Shown here one piece after another: positions 36,401-49,799 of a stretch of 64,000 nucleotides of DNA. Source of the DNA: Lama glama (Eukaryota); contig CM052824.1 in NCBI GenBank assembly GCA_028534125.1, positions 42,656,001 through 42,720,000 on the forward strand, written 5' to 3'. Position 1 is the stretch's first letter. Every line of letters starts with the position of its first letter. The notes beneath the pieces are model-generated. The model made no database searches, had not been told where the DNA came from, and saw only the letters and a list, made by a program, of their open reading frames with translations. The position numbers and the translations under genes were made by a program.

Positions 36401-38249
36401 AGTTTGTTTTCAAAATCAACTTCCTCTTGTTCCCTATTCAGCTCAGCTGCTCAGTGAGTCAGTTACTCGATGCTTCTATGTGCTAGGCCCTCCTACTTGC
36501 CCTCCAACAGACAGTTATCCTAAAACACAAAAATGGAAAACAGATAGTCCCCAATTTTTACCAAAGAACTCACCATATCTGGGTGAAAGTATAGTGAACA
36601 AGTGACGGGGTTAAGACTCCACATTTTCTGACAGAGGTATTTGAACCATGAAAGACAGAGCAATTAGTACTTCCTGGTGGGATCAGGGAAGGCTTCAGGG
36701 AAGAGGTGACACCACACCTACTCTTCAGTGAAGGCTGAGAATTTCAGGAGGTGGAAAAGAAGACAGGTATTGCAGACATGGAAGACACAGGCACAAAGGC
36801 CCTCATACATTGGGACAATTTATACTGTGGTTAGGGCTGAGGGTCCAAGCAGGGCAGAGGTCAGAGTTAAGGCTGGAAATGCCCTGGGTCAGCAGATCAG
36901 TATGTGACAGATCTCAAATGTCTGCTAAGGGGATCAGGAGCTATCCAAACAGAAGGGGGCCCCAACAGAAGTGTTTGGACAGTCACAAGTTATGGTCTTT
37001 GAAAGACTAGACCTTATAAAGTCAAAAGTCCCTTATGGCTCTAAAAATGCTATGAGCCAGCAAAGCCAGCAGGCTGTTGAATTTAATTGGTGAAAGTTAA
37101 CAGACTTGTTTGAATTGAAGTTACACAAATAGGTTCATGACATCCTGGGGGGAAGTCGGGGGCAGGTCGCAGAGACCAGAGCTGGTGGGGGAGACCTGAG
37201 CCTGAGTCACCAAGGCTCCCTCACATGGGGTCCCCACACAGAAGACACAGGATAATCTTTGTAGGACGTTTCCTTCTCAGCTCTCCTCACCCACCATCTG
37301 CACCAGCAGCACCCAGACCTCCCACTGCTTCTGCTGGGAATTTCCACTTAAAACTGTCAGGAGCAGCCCCCAAGGCCAACCCCACAAATGAAGCCAAACT
37401 TCTCCCCTGCTCTTCTAGGTGGTTCACAGTCAGGTCTCCCCTCTGGGAGGCAGTGATGTTCATCTCATCAAACGGGTAGAAACCCACGCAGCAGTTCAGA
37501 GGGACTCTCTGAAGAAAAATATCATGCCAATGAAACATCAAAGACAGTTTGGCTTCTTGGCTAATAATGAATAATGGTGACGGTGCCCCAATTCCTCCAG
37601 CAAAGCAAAGCTTTGAAGGTCTCCAGCAAAGATGAAGAAAATGGGTGTAGTCAGGAAGAGCACCTCAAACGACCCCATGTGGTGGAGCCTCTCACTGCAG
37701 CCCCATTGGACAGATGAGGAAACTGAGGCACAGGTAAGCCAAACCCTGACCTGAGGCCTCCATTCAGGAAGTCTGGACCCTGGCCTGTCAGACTCCAGCC
37801 TGCACCTCTCTGCTCACCTGGCGGGCATCAGGGGCCCACAGGATCCTGGAGTGTTAGGGCCTCTGGAACCTGAAACCGTTCCAGCTGTGGGGTCAGAATC
37901 TGGAAGACCTGAGTTTCAATTCTGGCTCATTCCCTGTTCTGAAAATGAAAATAGTAGTTCCAAGGTCATGGTCCAGTGATGTAGGGTTGAAGGGCAAGTG
38001 TGCATCGTATGTGGAGCATAGGGTCCTGTGCAGAGCAGATTCTCAGCAAATGCCGATTTCCCTCTTCCCTTCTTCCATTTAGATGAGGAAAGGAAGCCCT
38101 GAGTATTACTGAAGATGATGTTACCTGCTCTAAAAACCAGGCTGTAGTGTAGAAGGGTCCGACATGATCAGAGTTGACTTCCTTCCCGTGGAAAGTTGAG
38201 AACTGATCTCACCAACAGGTGGGTGTCTGCCCCGGGAGCAATCCTGGAC

Positions 38250-38523
38250 CCGGGCCCCTTCCATCCTGTGGCTCTGCATCCCCCACACCTGGCTGCCAAG
38301 GGCAACCTTCCTCCTCACCTGCAGCAGGCTGGCGGACTGCGAGAAGCTCACAGGAGTTTCTCAAGGGCCACACGTAGAAGCGGCAGCTGTCTCTTCTGCT
38401 GACATTCTGTTGTCTGGAAGGCAGTCACAGGGCCCCACTAACTGCAGAGGAGGCTGTGAGATGTAGCCTTGCCATGTGCCCAGGAAGAAGAAGAAACAGA
38501 TTTGGTAAACAGTCTCTGCCACA
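38250..38523 (-). mobile_element. MaLR LTR (MLT1J-like) fragment
   Basis: gaggctgtgagatgtagcc...tgtgcccaggaagaagaagaaacagatttggt...gtctctgccaca. Confidence 0.7.
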
Positions 38524-39169
38524 CCTGGAGAGGTAAAACCATGACCCAGGAGACCTGGCAGGTTAGCAGCAGAACCCTCCTTAGAGCCCAGGCTCCTCCC
38601 AGGGATGCACAGGGCCCCTGGCTCTTCCCTCTACATGTCACACACAGTGTGGCAGAGTCACAGGACTGGCCACAGGGACCTGTGAGCAGGGGAAGGGAGG
38701 CTACAGGTGGTCAACACATTGTCTCTGTTGCCTGCAGGAATCATGAGTAGGGGGAAGAGAGGCACAGCTCCAGGGCTCTTGGCTGTGAACTTGGTCCAGA
38801 TGCAGAGCTGACCTCAGGGCCCCTTGGAATCCCTTTACTCAGGGACTTAAAATTCTTGCCTTCACAACCCCATTGACCCATCTTTCTGAGGGCTGAGTGC
38901 ATAATCCTTAATCCATCTCTTTGCTCTTCCCACACGCTGACACCCTCACGTCTTGCCTTTTGCACCTCTCCTTCCTCTCAGGCTCCTCTGCTGGGCAGAT
39001 CTGATAGGACCAAGCTATGATTCTTTGGATGATGTTGGTTCAAGGGGTACCTTCTTCCCATGGGTTTTGGACACAACAGGAAGCCTGGGAGGGGGAAGAT
39101 AATCACACAGTTCACCAATTTCAAATCCCTCCCATCAGACGGATGAGGGAATGGCCCTCAGAGACGGGA

Positions 39170-39655
39170 CACTTCATAAATCCATGTAACCCCTGCCCAG
39201 AAATCCACCTCTAGGAATTTAACCCTTAGAAAAACAGATGTACGGAGAGATCTGATATATGGAATGTTGCTTTCACTAGCTAAAAACTGGATATAATTTA
39301 CACATGTTACCATAGAAGTTAGGTGAAGTTATATATGGTACATCCATTCAATGGAAATCTAGGCAAGAATTCAGCAATTCAGAATGATTCTGCAGAAGAT
39401 ATTAAGTGACTAGGGAAGATGTTAATGACATAGTAGATGCAAATGAAAGATTATCAAACAATATACAGTATGATCCCCTTTTTGTGGGAAAAATACAAAC
39501 ATACAAAATCATGCACGTATGCATATGCACCACTGTTGGATAGAGGCTAGATTTTGGTAACGGGATTAAGATGATTTTTTCCTTTCTTTTTTTCATTTCT
39601 TTTCTTTTTGTTTGTATTGCCTACAGAGAACATGTATAATTTTTTCTAAAAAAAA
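39170..39655 (+). mobile_element. Old L1 (L1ME-like) 3' fragment
   Basis: ccacctctaggaattta; tatatggtacatccattcaatggaa; cagtatgatcccctttttg. Confidence 0.75.
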
Positions 39656-39918
39656 AATGTATTCTTAAATTGAGAGGTTTGGAGGTTTTCATTTTGGCCC
39701 AGAACTGACCATACCTAAGAACAGGGAAATTCTGTTCTGTGACTTTAGGTCTTAGTAACCAAGAGTGTCTGAAATGGAGCCAAGGTCACTAGGGTGATGG
39801 TCAGGATTCTTTTGCCTTGAAGGCCCTTGGGAATTGTACTTTTGAACTTTTATAAGTGCTCCTGATTTCAGCTTTCTAATTTATAATTCTAATCAAGTTT
39901 TGCCTTCCTAATTAGATG

Positions 39919-40509
39919 TACTCAATGTTCACAGCAGCACTATTTTCAATAGCCAAGACATGAAAGCAACCTAAATGGCCATCGAAAGATAAANNNNNNN
40001 NNNNNNNNNNNNNNNNNNNNNNNNNNNNNNNNNNNNNNNNNNNNNNNNNNNNNNNNNNNNNNNNNNNNNNNNNNNNNNNNNNNNNNNNNNNNNNNNNNNN
40101 NNNNNNNNNNNNNNNNNNNNNNNNNNNNNNNNNNNNNNNNNTGAAGTAAGCCAGAAAGGGAAAGAATGTATGATATCACTTAGAATCTAAGAAAAAAAAA
40201 GGATACAAATGAACTTACCTACAAAATAGAAACAGACTCACAGACACAGAAAACAAACATATGATTACCATGGGAGGAAAGGGCTAGAGGGCAGAGGGAT
40301 AAAGTGGGAGTTCAGGATTTACAGATACTAACTACTATACATAAAATAGATAAACAAAAAGGTCCTATTGTATAGCACAGGAAACTCCATTCAATATTTT
40401 GTAACAGCCTATAATAAAAAAGAATATGAAAAGGAATATATCTATATAATAATGCTATACAACAGAAATTAACACATTGTAAACCCACTACACTTCAATT
40501 TAAAAAAAA
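39919..40509 (+). mobile_element. 5'-truncated lineage-specific L1 with an internal gap
   Basis: caatgttcacagcagcacta...aatagccaagacatg; tgtatagcacagg; cacttcaatttaaaaaaaa tail. Same family as 20335-20973. Confidence 0.9.
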
Positions 40510-40542
40510 GATTTGAGTACGTGCAAAACAATTCAGCAGCGC

Positions 40543-40930
40543 TGTATTAGTCTGCAAGAGCTTTGTAACAAACATTCATGCAGTCTGTGATGTGCTGCAA
40601 CAAATATGTGTTTTTCACACATCTACAGGTTGATAGCTCTAACCTGCCAATTGGATGCAGGTCTCCTTTATGTGTCACTCACCCTTCTGGGACCAGTGGG
40701 CTGGATAGGACATCTTTCCATGGCAACGGCAGATGGACAAGGGGGCACACAAGAACATGCGATGCCTCTTATGGCCTAGACTCGGACCTGACAAGTGTCA
40801 CTTCCACCCACAGTCTACTGACCAAAAAAAGGCACAGACTGAGCCCAATGTCAAGAGGCTGAGGCTCACTTTGCCTTCTGCGGGAGGAGCCAGAGTCACA
40901 TGGCCAGGTGCACAGGTACAAGGAGGGCAA
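40543..40930 (-). mobile_element. MaLR LTR (MLT1-type)
   Basis: tgtattagtc start; tgtcacttccacccaca...gactgagcccaatgtcaa. Confidence 0.65.
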
Positions 40931-41344
40931 AGTATTTGGGGCCTGTTCTTTTATCAGCACCGCACATTCGCAAGTGGTCACAGAGGTCAGATCATGAAAG
41001 AGATGCTGAACTTTGAAAATAACACTATTCCTCTACTGACTATAAAAGAAATACATACTTATAGTGAAAAAGCATGAAGGGGAAAATTATGATCACTATA
41101 ATTCCACTGCCTCAGATGGTCCCTGGTAGGATTTTGCAGCATTTCCTTGCCGCATGCACATCAAATTATATGCTCAAAGAAAAGCATATTTTATATATAA
41201 CAAAAGGAGGAGCATGCTTTATTTGGTTTTGTACACTATCTTTTTCACTTAATCTCCTTTCGCAAGCTTTTTCTTGCTTGATTAAGTATTATTTTTAAAA
41301 CAGGCTGAACCATATTTTAAATTTAGATGGTAAATTATCTAGAC

Positions 41345-41693
41345 GTACACTTTTCAATGTGACAGCCTCAGCCACAGATGGTGACTGAGCATCTGAAATG
41401 TGGCTGGCCAACATTGAAATGGGTGTGAGTGGAAAACGTACACAGGATTTTGAAGACTTGGTACCAAAAGAAAGAATGTAAGATATCTCACTAAATATCT
41501 CACTAATAATTTTTTTCCTGATTACATGTTGAAATACTATTTGGGATTGATTGGGTTAGACAAAATATGGTATTAAAATTAATGTACCTAATTTCTTGTT
41601 CTCTTTTTTCACATGCCTACTAGAAAATGCAAAATGAAGTGCATGAGTACATTTGTGATTTGCACTGCGTGACATTTCAATCGGCTGGCAGTG
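41345..41693 (-). mobile_element. MER33-like hAT-Charlie non-autonomous DNA transposon, inside an old L1 fragment
   Basis: tgagcatctgaaatgtggct; ggattttgaagactt; gattacatgttgaaat; ctactagaaaat. Flanked by ATCTAGAC (41337-41344) and ATCTAGGT (41694-41701), an imperfect 8-bp TSD. Confidence 0.85.
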
Positions 41694-41789
41694 ATCTAGG
41701 TGGAACTCTGTGGTTAGATAGTTAAGCACTTTCAAAGTTTATTACATTCTAACCACCAGCATAATGAGCATCATGGAGCACAGTCAGAG

Positions 41790-42020
41790 TCAATGTTTAT
41801 TGAGTGTTTTTTGCCTGCTTGGCTTTGTGCTAAGTATCTTTCAAGCATGACAATGTGTGAGCCACCCCCTACCCACCCCCCCACCGCTTCCCTCTCCAGG
41901 CAGTACTATTACTGTCCCCATTTACAGAAAAGGAAATCAGGGCTCAGAGATGACAAGAACTTGCTCAGGGTCACCTAGCAGCTAATTAATTGGTGAAGCC
42001 AAGACCCAGATCTGATTGAT
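41790..42020 (-). mobile_element. MIR SINE
   Basis: ccccatttacagaaaaggaaatcagggctcagaga...cttgctcagggtcac. Confidence 0.8.
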
Positions 42021-42209
42021 TCTTATGGTGTTTACCAGAAGCTAACTTCCGCTTTTGTGCCTCTTTCCGATAATGCCTCGGGACTAATTTCTAGGAGTGG
42101 GAATCGTGGACCGAGGGTTTGCACATTTTCAGGGTCTTGAGGAGGCGTATTACCAATACTCCTTCCAGAATGAAGTTGTCAATTCAAACTAGAAACAGCA
42201 GTCTATTAG

Positions 42210-43680
42210 GTCCACAAATAGCCTTGGAGTGTTTACTGTACGCTGGGCACTGCTCTGTGCGCCCAAGGCCACCACTGACAAGACAGACATGTCCCCACCC
42301 TCCTGGGGCTCCTATGGCCCTGCTCCCAGGATGGGGGAAGGGGACAGGAACCGAAAAGGGACATTATGCATTGAGATAGGTAGATGTGAGCACTGTGAAT
42401 TGAACAAGGTGGGCAGAGCAGTGACTGGGGCAGGGCAGGACCAGCAGGGGCTCCACTTTGAGTAGGATTATCCCCCAGGGCTTCTCAGAGGAGGTGGCCT
42501 TGAACTGAGCCCTAAATGACCAGAAGGGGAAATCTGGGGAGAGGTTCTAGGCAGAAGATACAGCCAATGCAGAGCCACCACGGTAGGACTCAGCACTTAG
42601 AGGAACAGGGAGAAGACAGGTATGTCTGCCCCCTGGCGAGTGCAGGGGAGGGACTGTGAGGGGGACAGAGTGGGCAGGGTGGGATTGGATGGGGAGGCCT
42701 TGCAGACCACGCAGAGGACATTAAGTTTTATTCCAAGTGCGGTAGGAAGGCCTGGAAGGCAGCGAATCCACATTTGGTGGGACCTGAAATATACATTTTG
42801 GGACTTTCTTGTTAGGAGAGCCAAGAATTAGGAATCAGATTTAGCTGCATAATTTAATATTTATTTCAAAGGAGAAAAGAAATCACAATAAACTACAGAT
42901 TTTAAAAAGCTGAAAAGGACCCCCAAAATTACAGACTCGAGGAAAATGACAGGATGCTTTTGAATTAGCATCCTGAAACATCTCCAGAGTCCTTTTTCCC
43001 TTCCATTTTTGGACCGCATCTTCCCAGATTACATCTTTTACGACAATAATTTGTGGTATCATTTTCTGTAGGGAGGGTGGAAAGATAATCTAGCCTTTCC
43101 CCTAACAGAACTTGATGGAAATTGTTACTGTTTTTACTATTATTGATGTTGTCTGAACATTTTACTTTCATCACCACAATTCCTTATTGATGAGTTGTCT
43201 TGTAAATTTTAGGATTGTTATCAAACTCAGGAAAACCTCTATCAAGTTGTTTCATACAGGAGCTGTGAGATTTCAGGGTCTCTTAAAGCCTCTTGAGCAA
43301 CTATGAACCCCAATTAATCCTCGAATGATGATGGTCCTTAACCACATTGCTGCCCCCACCCCGGGACGTTGCAAGAAGGAGCCCAGGCCATGGAAGGCTA
43401 TGAAGCTAAGTCCACGTGTAAACCCACCTCTAACTGGAGGGGGTTCAGTGGGAGAGGAAAGGGTCTAACCACCTGGATGCTGTGTAGAGAATGGACTTTG
43501 AGTAACAAGGGGAGGCAGCTGGACCACAGCCAGGTGGTCCAGGAGAGATGGTGATGCATGGACCAGGCTGATGGCCATGCAGATGGAAGAAGTAGACAGA
43601 TTTCAGGAATGTCTTGTATGTGCTGATCTGGCGGGGGGCCCTCAGGGATGACCCAAGTGTATCAGAGTGTCCACCACACC
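42210..43680 (-). mobile_element. L2 3' region interrupted by a hAT element
   Basis: cttctcagaggaggtggccttgaactgagcc; resumes at gctgtgtagagaatggact after 43440. Confidence 0.7.
42759..43432 (-). mobile_element. hAT-Tip100-type (Zaphod/MER115-like) DNA transposon with a transposase C-terminal remnant
   Basis: Minus-strand peptide LLGERLDYLSTLPTENDTT resembles the hAT dimerization domain (MLEERLNYLSILSIENDI). Both termini are recognisable. Imperfect 8-bp TSD CCTGGAAG (42751-42758) / ACTGGAGG (43433-43440). Confidence 0.75.
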
Positions 43681-44639
43681 ACAGCCCAGACTAGGCTGGT
43701 TGCTTGATTCTCATCTTTCTCCTTGTATTTTGGGATCCAGAGCCTTGCCTGCCCTCAACTCCTCATTTTCTACAGGACCCAACACATGTAACTGGAATCA
43801 GATCTTCACCCCGCAGAAAAGAATGAAAGTCAATGATGGAGTCACAGACCCTGTGACATCATTCAGAATCGGGGGATTTAATGAAGTGCCCACATTGATA
43901 GCAAGCCAGATCTCCCAATAAGCTTGAATGAAGATTCAAGAAGAGGACCGGGCCTGGCTGGCTATGGAGAGAATGAGCTCATTCTTCCAGGAGGGAGGGG
44001 GGCTGGGGCTGCCCCACAGGGCAGGAGGGAGGAACAAGCTCACAGCCGTTGGCCAGGGCTCACAGCAGCTGTGGACTGGCAGTTGGAGGCCTAACTGACT
44101 TGGAAACGGGCCTGCTGGTGGCAGAGAAACTCCATCTCCTGCTGCGCCAGCGAATAACACGGGTCCATTAGGCTGATCGGTCTCACCATCTGTAGGAGGA
44201 ACAAAAAGTTTGCAAAGTGAACCAAGTGGACGTGCTGACATCTTAGAGCCAGGACTAAAGTCGGAGGTGGCAGCTTCTGGGGGCCGCTGCCTGCTTTGAT
44301 GCTGCCGCCCGTCCCTCCTGGGCCGCTCAGGCAGGAGTACCTGGCACCTGCGCCCAGCTGCAGGCCCTGTGACGAGAGGGGCTCTGGGCTGCGGACAATT
44401 GTCCAGAGATCTCCGGACAAGTGACTCCAGTGTGGTTAATGATGGCGAGTGGAAACTCACTGCAAAAGCAATTTTAAAAAATGAAAAAGTGGGAAAAGAT
44501 AATCCCCCCTTCCATCAAGCAAGGAGATGTTACAGCACCAACCCCCTCGCTCCGCTGAGAGCCTGAAATGCTGCGAAGTGGCTCTGATGGTGGACTCCGA
44601 GGACAGGCTCTGACCCTGAGCAGGACCTGGGTGTCTCTG

Positions 44640-45240
44640 CATTCACTCAGTCCCTCATCCATCCCACAAATATTTACTGAGGGCCTGCTGAGTGTCAGGC
44701 CCGGCTCTAGGCCCTCCTAATGTTGCAGTAGACAATATAACTTTCCTGTCTTCTTGGAGCTTATGTTCTAAAGAAGGAGGGACAGATCACAAACAAGTAG
44801 AATAAGGGAATAAATTACGCACCAGGGAAAAAGAAAAAGTAAGGCCAAGTCAAGGGGGTTGAGGATACACAGGGTGAGGGCAAGATGCAGTGTGAAATAA
44901 TGCAGCCAAGGGCGGCCTGATACAAAGGTGACATCCAGGGAAGATTTTTAAAGGTAAGGAAGTTAGCCGTGCAGATAGGGGAGTGCCTGCCAGGCTGGCG
45001 GAACCAAGGCCATGACATGGACATTCCTGAAGCATCAGGGAAGAGTAGGGAGGCCACCTGGATGAGGGGGATGGAGCCGGGGGTGGGGGGAGCCAGAGAG
45101 GAGGGCAGAGATGCACTGATGGTCAGAGTGGTCAGGGCTTCGTGGGTCCGAGTGAGATGGGAGTCCACGCCGGGCTGTGTTGCAGAGGAATGACATGAGG
45201 TCACAGGGTTTTGGCGTAGAGGGAGTGATGCAGGAGAAAT
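44640..45240 (-). mobile_element. L2 3' region
   Basis: caaatatttactgagggcctgc...tgtcaggc...tggagcttatgttcta. Confidence 0.8.
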
Positions 45241-45273
45241 AAAGTGGGGTGAGAGGAGGGCCATGTCCTGGGT

Positions 45274-45500
45274 CTTTGCTGAGTCCTTGGTACATGGCCT
45301 GCCAAGTATGGATCCTTGGCTTCATGCAGGAAAGAATTCACAATTGAGTAAAGGTGGATTTATTTAGAGAGACACAGACTGCATAGAGTGCAGGCTGTTT
45401 CAGAGGGCAAGAGTGGCTGTGAGGTGTGGGGTTGGGTGTTTTAAAGTAAAAATACTTACATACGCCACAGACAGTGCCGGCCGTCTCACTCAGAAGGCAG
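45274..45500 (-). mobile_element. Truncated ERV1-like LTR fragment
   Basis: Shares gaaagaattca and a nearby TTTATT (45359-45364) with the LTR at 1072-1729. Confidence 0.6.
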
Positions 45501-46824
45501 GGAGGAGACTATGGAGCACGGCTCGGGGCATCTTCAGAGAAGAAGCAGTGAATGGAATGTAGACACAGAAACAGTGAAGCGGGAGGAGGAGGGGGACCAG
45601 GAAGCACAGGGTCTTGGGTGACCAGGAAGAGGCTGGGAGGGGAGCCAGGTCAGAAGCTGAGGGCCTAGGCAGGCACCTGCGGATGAGGCTTTTTCATGGA
45701 CAGATCAACAGTGAGGTGGTCTGGGAGCCAGTCTGCAAAGCAGTAGGAAGCGGGTGAGGGATTAACAAGTCCAGATTCCTGGGGAGCCCAGGCCCCAGGG
45801 CTCTTGCACCTGCCCCCAGACACACACCTTCCACTACACATCTCAGACCCCCACTCCGTGTGGACCCGGCCTGCTCCCTCTCCCTTCCCCACCGGCCTTT
45901 TTCCTACCTCAGCGTTGCACTTTCCCCCAGCATACCTTAATCATGGTTTTACTTTTCAAGGCATTAAGGAGGTTTGACTGTGAGTTCATTGAAATTTCTC
46001 CATCCTCAGTTTACACTGGCTATTACAGGGCTCATCTTTTCCAGATTGATTTCCTCCTAAAATGTCAAGGTTCCCTGTTTTTAGAAATACTGCGTGGAGA
46101 TAGAGATTAGGGCGTCATTTTATCCTCTTTAAAGGTAATTTGGAGCAAATGGGAGTAAACAGACCCACCTGGAGTTCATCATCTCACCTCCTTTCTTCCT
46201 TCCACTCCTCCTTCCCAAGCCCTCAGAGTTGGCCCTCAGAGTTTCTCAAGTTGGGGCATTCAGTCTGCAGGGTCTGCCTTCCAGAAATCTTGTGAGCAAG
46301 TCTAGGATGGCAGGAGGAGGTGGGCGTGGCCTGGAACGCTTGCTTCTCCTGCCAGATCTGGGGCTAGAACCTTGGGGGGGTCATCTAATGCCCCCGCATC
46401 ACTGTCCAGGCAAGAAACTGAGGCCACAGAGGGACTTGCACGAGCTCTGTTCTGCCCACCTGAACAGTGCTGCTGCGTTCCTCCCTCCTCTTCAGCAGCT
46501 CCCGGGAGCCTTTCCAGGAATCTGAAATCTAGAAACAGACTTGTGATCTTCATTTTGCCTGTCTTCAGTTCTGGGACATCCATTTTAAACTTTTCAAAGC
46601 CAGATGCTTCTTCCAATTGCACTAGACATTTAATTTCATTTTCCCTTTTGTTGTCTTTCCCCCTCAAAAGCTATTATTAAATTGATGGTGTATCTTCTGA
46701 TAGATGACATCGTAGACTAAAGCCAATAGGTTAATGACGAAAAATACTTTCAGTGTTAAAAACTGTTATTTGAGTTGGTTTCTGGGTTTCCAGCACTTTG
46801 CTAAATGCTGAACTTGCTTTTTCA

Positions 46825-46990
46825 CAATTAATCCTACCCACATGCCTGTGTGGTGGGTACCAGCATCACCCGATCTCACAGCTGAGGAAACCGAGTCTCA
46901 GAGAAGTCAGTTACTTGCCCAAGGCCACACAGTAGGTGGTGGAACTGCCATTGTATTTAAACCCAGGCCAAGTGGTCCCAGAGCCCCGCT
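46825..46990 (-). mobile_element. MIR SINE
   Basis: cacagctgaggaaaccgagtctcagaga...acttgcccaaggccacacag. Confidence 0.8.
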
Positions 46991-48184
46991 CTGGACACAA
47001 TACATCAGCCTGTGAATTTACATTACATTTACCACATCACCATTCACTCATTCACTAATCCTGGCTGGACACTGGTGTCTCCAAGCTGACCATCTAGTGA
47101 GGGACATCAGTGTCCACGTTCTGCCACCAACTTGCTATGTAACCTTAGAACAAGTCACCTTTTCCCCTCTAGGAGTCAGAGCCTTATCTGTAAAATGAAA
47201 GGCTTGACCTTCAGAGACTTCCCAACCCAAGATGTGATGTCCAGCCGACCGAAGAAGCACCTGTCCCCAAAGGGGCTGGCTGGTGCTTTTCCCCCCATGG
47301 TGTCCTGGAAAGAGCCCCGTCCAGGGACAGCCTGTGAGATAACTTTCCTCCTCCCACCTGCTGTGCCGTGCCATGGAGGCTGTTGCTGTTCAAGGACAGT
47401 GTTTCCTTCTCTGGGACCCTGGTTCTCCCCTGTCACCTCCTTAGCCACTTGCACCGGGCACTGGGCTGAGTACCTGGGGACAGGAGCACTGAATTACTCT
47501 CCCACGAATTCCCCCTTCTGCAAATAAATAGAGGCCGGGGCCCTCATGCTGGGGAGCTTACACATAACTGAAAATATCTGTAACACTCTGTTGATGGCTT
47601 TCCCTGCCCATTGCTCTATGACAAAGCCGAGACAGTAAAAGGCATCAATTTTCCAGGCACGAGCTGTGAGCCTGAGATCAAGATAGGGAAAGCGAAGGGG
47701 GGACACAGTGTGACAGGGCAGTTTTACAACGAAATGATGGTTAGTGTTCTCCTGGTAGCGTTCCTCCTGTGCCACCATGGTGGACAGCTCTCCGAGTAAC
47801 AGCACATTTGTATTTCATTAGGACACTTTAGTCAAAAGATCAATGATGCTCAAGGAACTGCTCTGCCCGTGTACAGGGGTGGATGAGCCTGGTGAGAAGC
47901 CTGCGAAAAACCAGCTAAAATTAGGCAGCTGCCGGTTGATGCTGGATTCACAATCACAGTGCATCGATTTCCAGAGTGTTGCTGAAAACGAGTGACTCTA
48001 ATTGGTCTCCTTGTTTTGTCTTTTTGAAGAGGGGCCTTTTGTAATGAAGTGGTGCTTCCTGGAGTGAAGTGCTTCCCTCTCTGGGGAAATGGCGCTGGTG
48101 TTTGAAGGCAGGCTTGGAATTTGCCCAGGGGCAGTGTCGGGGTGGCTGGCCCCGCAGAGCCCAGGAGAGCCTGCTTTGCAATTA

Positions 48185-48485
48185 ATCAGCCGTGTGACCT
48201 TGGGCACGTTATCTCACCTCTGGCAGCCTCGATTTCCTCACCTGGGATCAGTAACAGAAGTAGGGTTATTTCTGTTTTACGCAGATAAAATTAAATGACA
48301 TAAAGCTTGTAAGTTCTTATGGGATGCTTGGCACATAGTAAGTAATCAATATGTTTTTGAGTTTTTCTTATTAATAAGCCACAGAAACCTAGAGTGAAAC
48401 AGAGCATAATGGCAGCCTTTCTCTTAACAGAGGAGGAAACTGTGAGGTTAAGTGGCTTGACCAAGGTCAAAGAGCTCAGGTCAAG
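48185..48485. mobile_element. Tail-to-tail MIR pair
   Basis: gtgtgaccttgggcac...ttggcacatagtaag (+); acagaggaggaaactgtgaggttaagtggcttg (-). Confidence 0.75.
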
Positions 48486-49577
48486 ACCATCCCCAAGAGG
48501 CCAGGAGGGTCTGTGGGGCCTCAGCCACGATCCATATCGAAAAATGCCCGTGGTGGGACCAGAATTTGGCTGGACATTTGGACACTTGCGTCCTAGGCTC
48601 AAGTCTGCCAAGAATTTGCTGTGTGATCTTGGTGAAGCCAAATGTTTTAATGTCCAGCCCAGTCCCCTGGGTACTGTCTTCAGCATTGCCAGGGCACTAG
48701 ACCGCCAGCTTGGTGGCACCTGTGCAATTCACTCTGCAACAACTCAGAGCGACTTCACTTGGTGGTATCACACATTGAGCCCCGCAGGAAGGGATGACCC
48801 AGACAACCTCCTCCCTCTCCGGCCCTCGGTTTCTCCTACCAGGGGCGGGGGAGGGGGTGGCCTAAGAGTCGCAGATTGTCTGCCAGAGAAAGGTCCCCAG
48901 GTAACTGGGTGAAGGTTGGGTGGAGCTAGTGGTGGGATCTGGGACACAAGAGAGTGGGTTCAGAATACAAAATGGGCAGTGGGTCCCTGGTGATGGGGTG
49001 GTGGGGCAGAGGGGAAAGTGCATAGTGGGTCCATTAGAGCACACATTCCTATCCCATTTCATACAGCAGATAACTGGGCACAGACAGGTCAGGTGTCCTG
49101 CCCACGTACAGAGCAACACACCAGAGCCAGAGTCAGAAGCGGTCTCCCAGCCAGCGTCCTCCTTGCCACAGCTGCCTTTGTGGTGACAAATATCAAAACA
49201 CAGAGCGGGGACATGTAGGCAGGTACACAGTATGACCTCCAGGATGTTGATGTATGAGATGGCTTTGGGCTGACTTTATGCACCTCAAGTCTCTGAGAGA
49301 GAGAATTCCTGGGATGGGGTGCTTCTGCTCCTGCTCTCCCTGGTCTGGGAAGAGGCGGGGGCCTGCGGTCTATTTCCACTGTCAAAATTGCTGTGCGGGG
49401 AGCCGGTGGGCAGCCAACCAGCAGCACCCGAGGAAGTCGGGTAGCCTGATGAGGCGAGGCAGGAATGATAGCGCTGCAGCATTGCGGGCAGCGTCTCAGC
49501 ACCTGTCACTCAACGTCAGACATGGGAATTCCTGGAGGAAACAGCACAGGGCAAGGCGATGTCAGCACCATTCTTAT

Positions 49578-49590
49578 ACACACACACGTA

Positions 49591-49632
<42 letters not shown>
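49578..49632. repeat. (CA)n microsatellite
   Basis: Directly visible. Confidence 0.97.
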
Positions 49633-49634
<2 letters not shown>

Positions 49635-49799
49635 GCCTGGCCCCAGCCTCCTCCAGGTTCCAGCGGGCTTGATGAGTAGGAGCTGAGATGCACCCTTGGG
49701 CAGAAGCTCGTGTTCTTGTCTTTACGCTTCCACCCAAACAGTTCTCCACTGGTCCTCTGTTGTTCCCTCCCCTTCACCCTCCCACTCCCCAACCTCATC

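Noticed and set aside
42950-42975. Perfect 9-bp inverted repeat CAGGATGCT/AGCATCCTG
   Set aside because: It lies inside a decayed hAT element and is plausible by chance in 64 kb.
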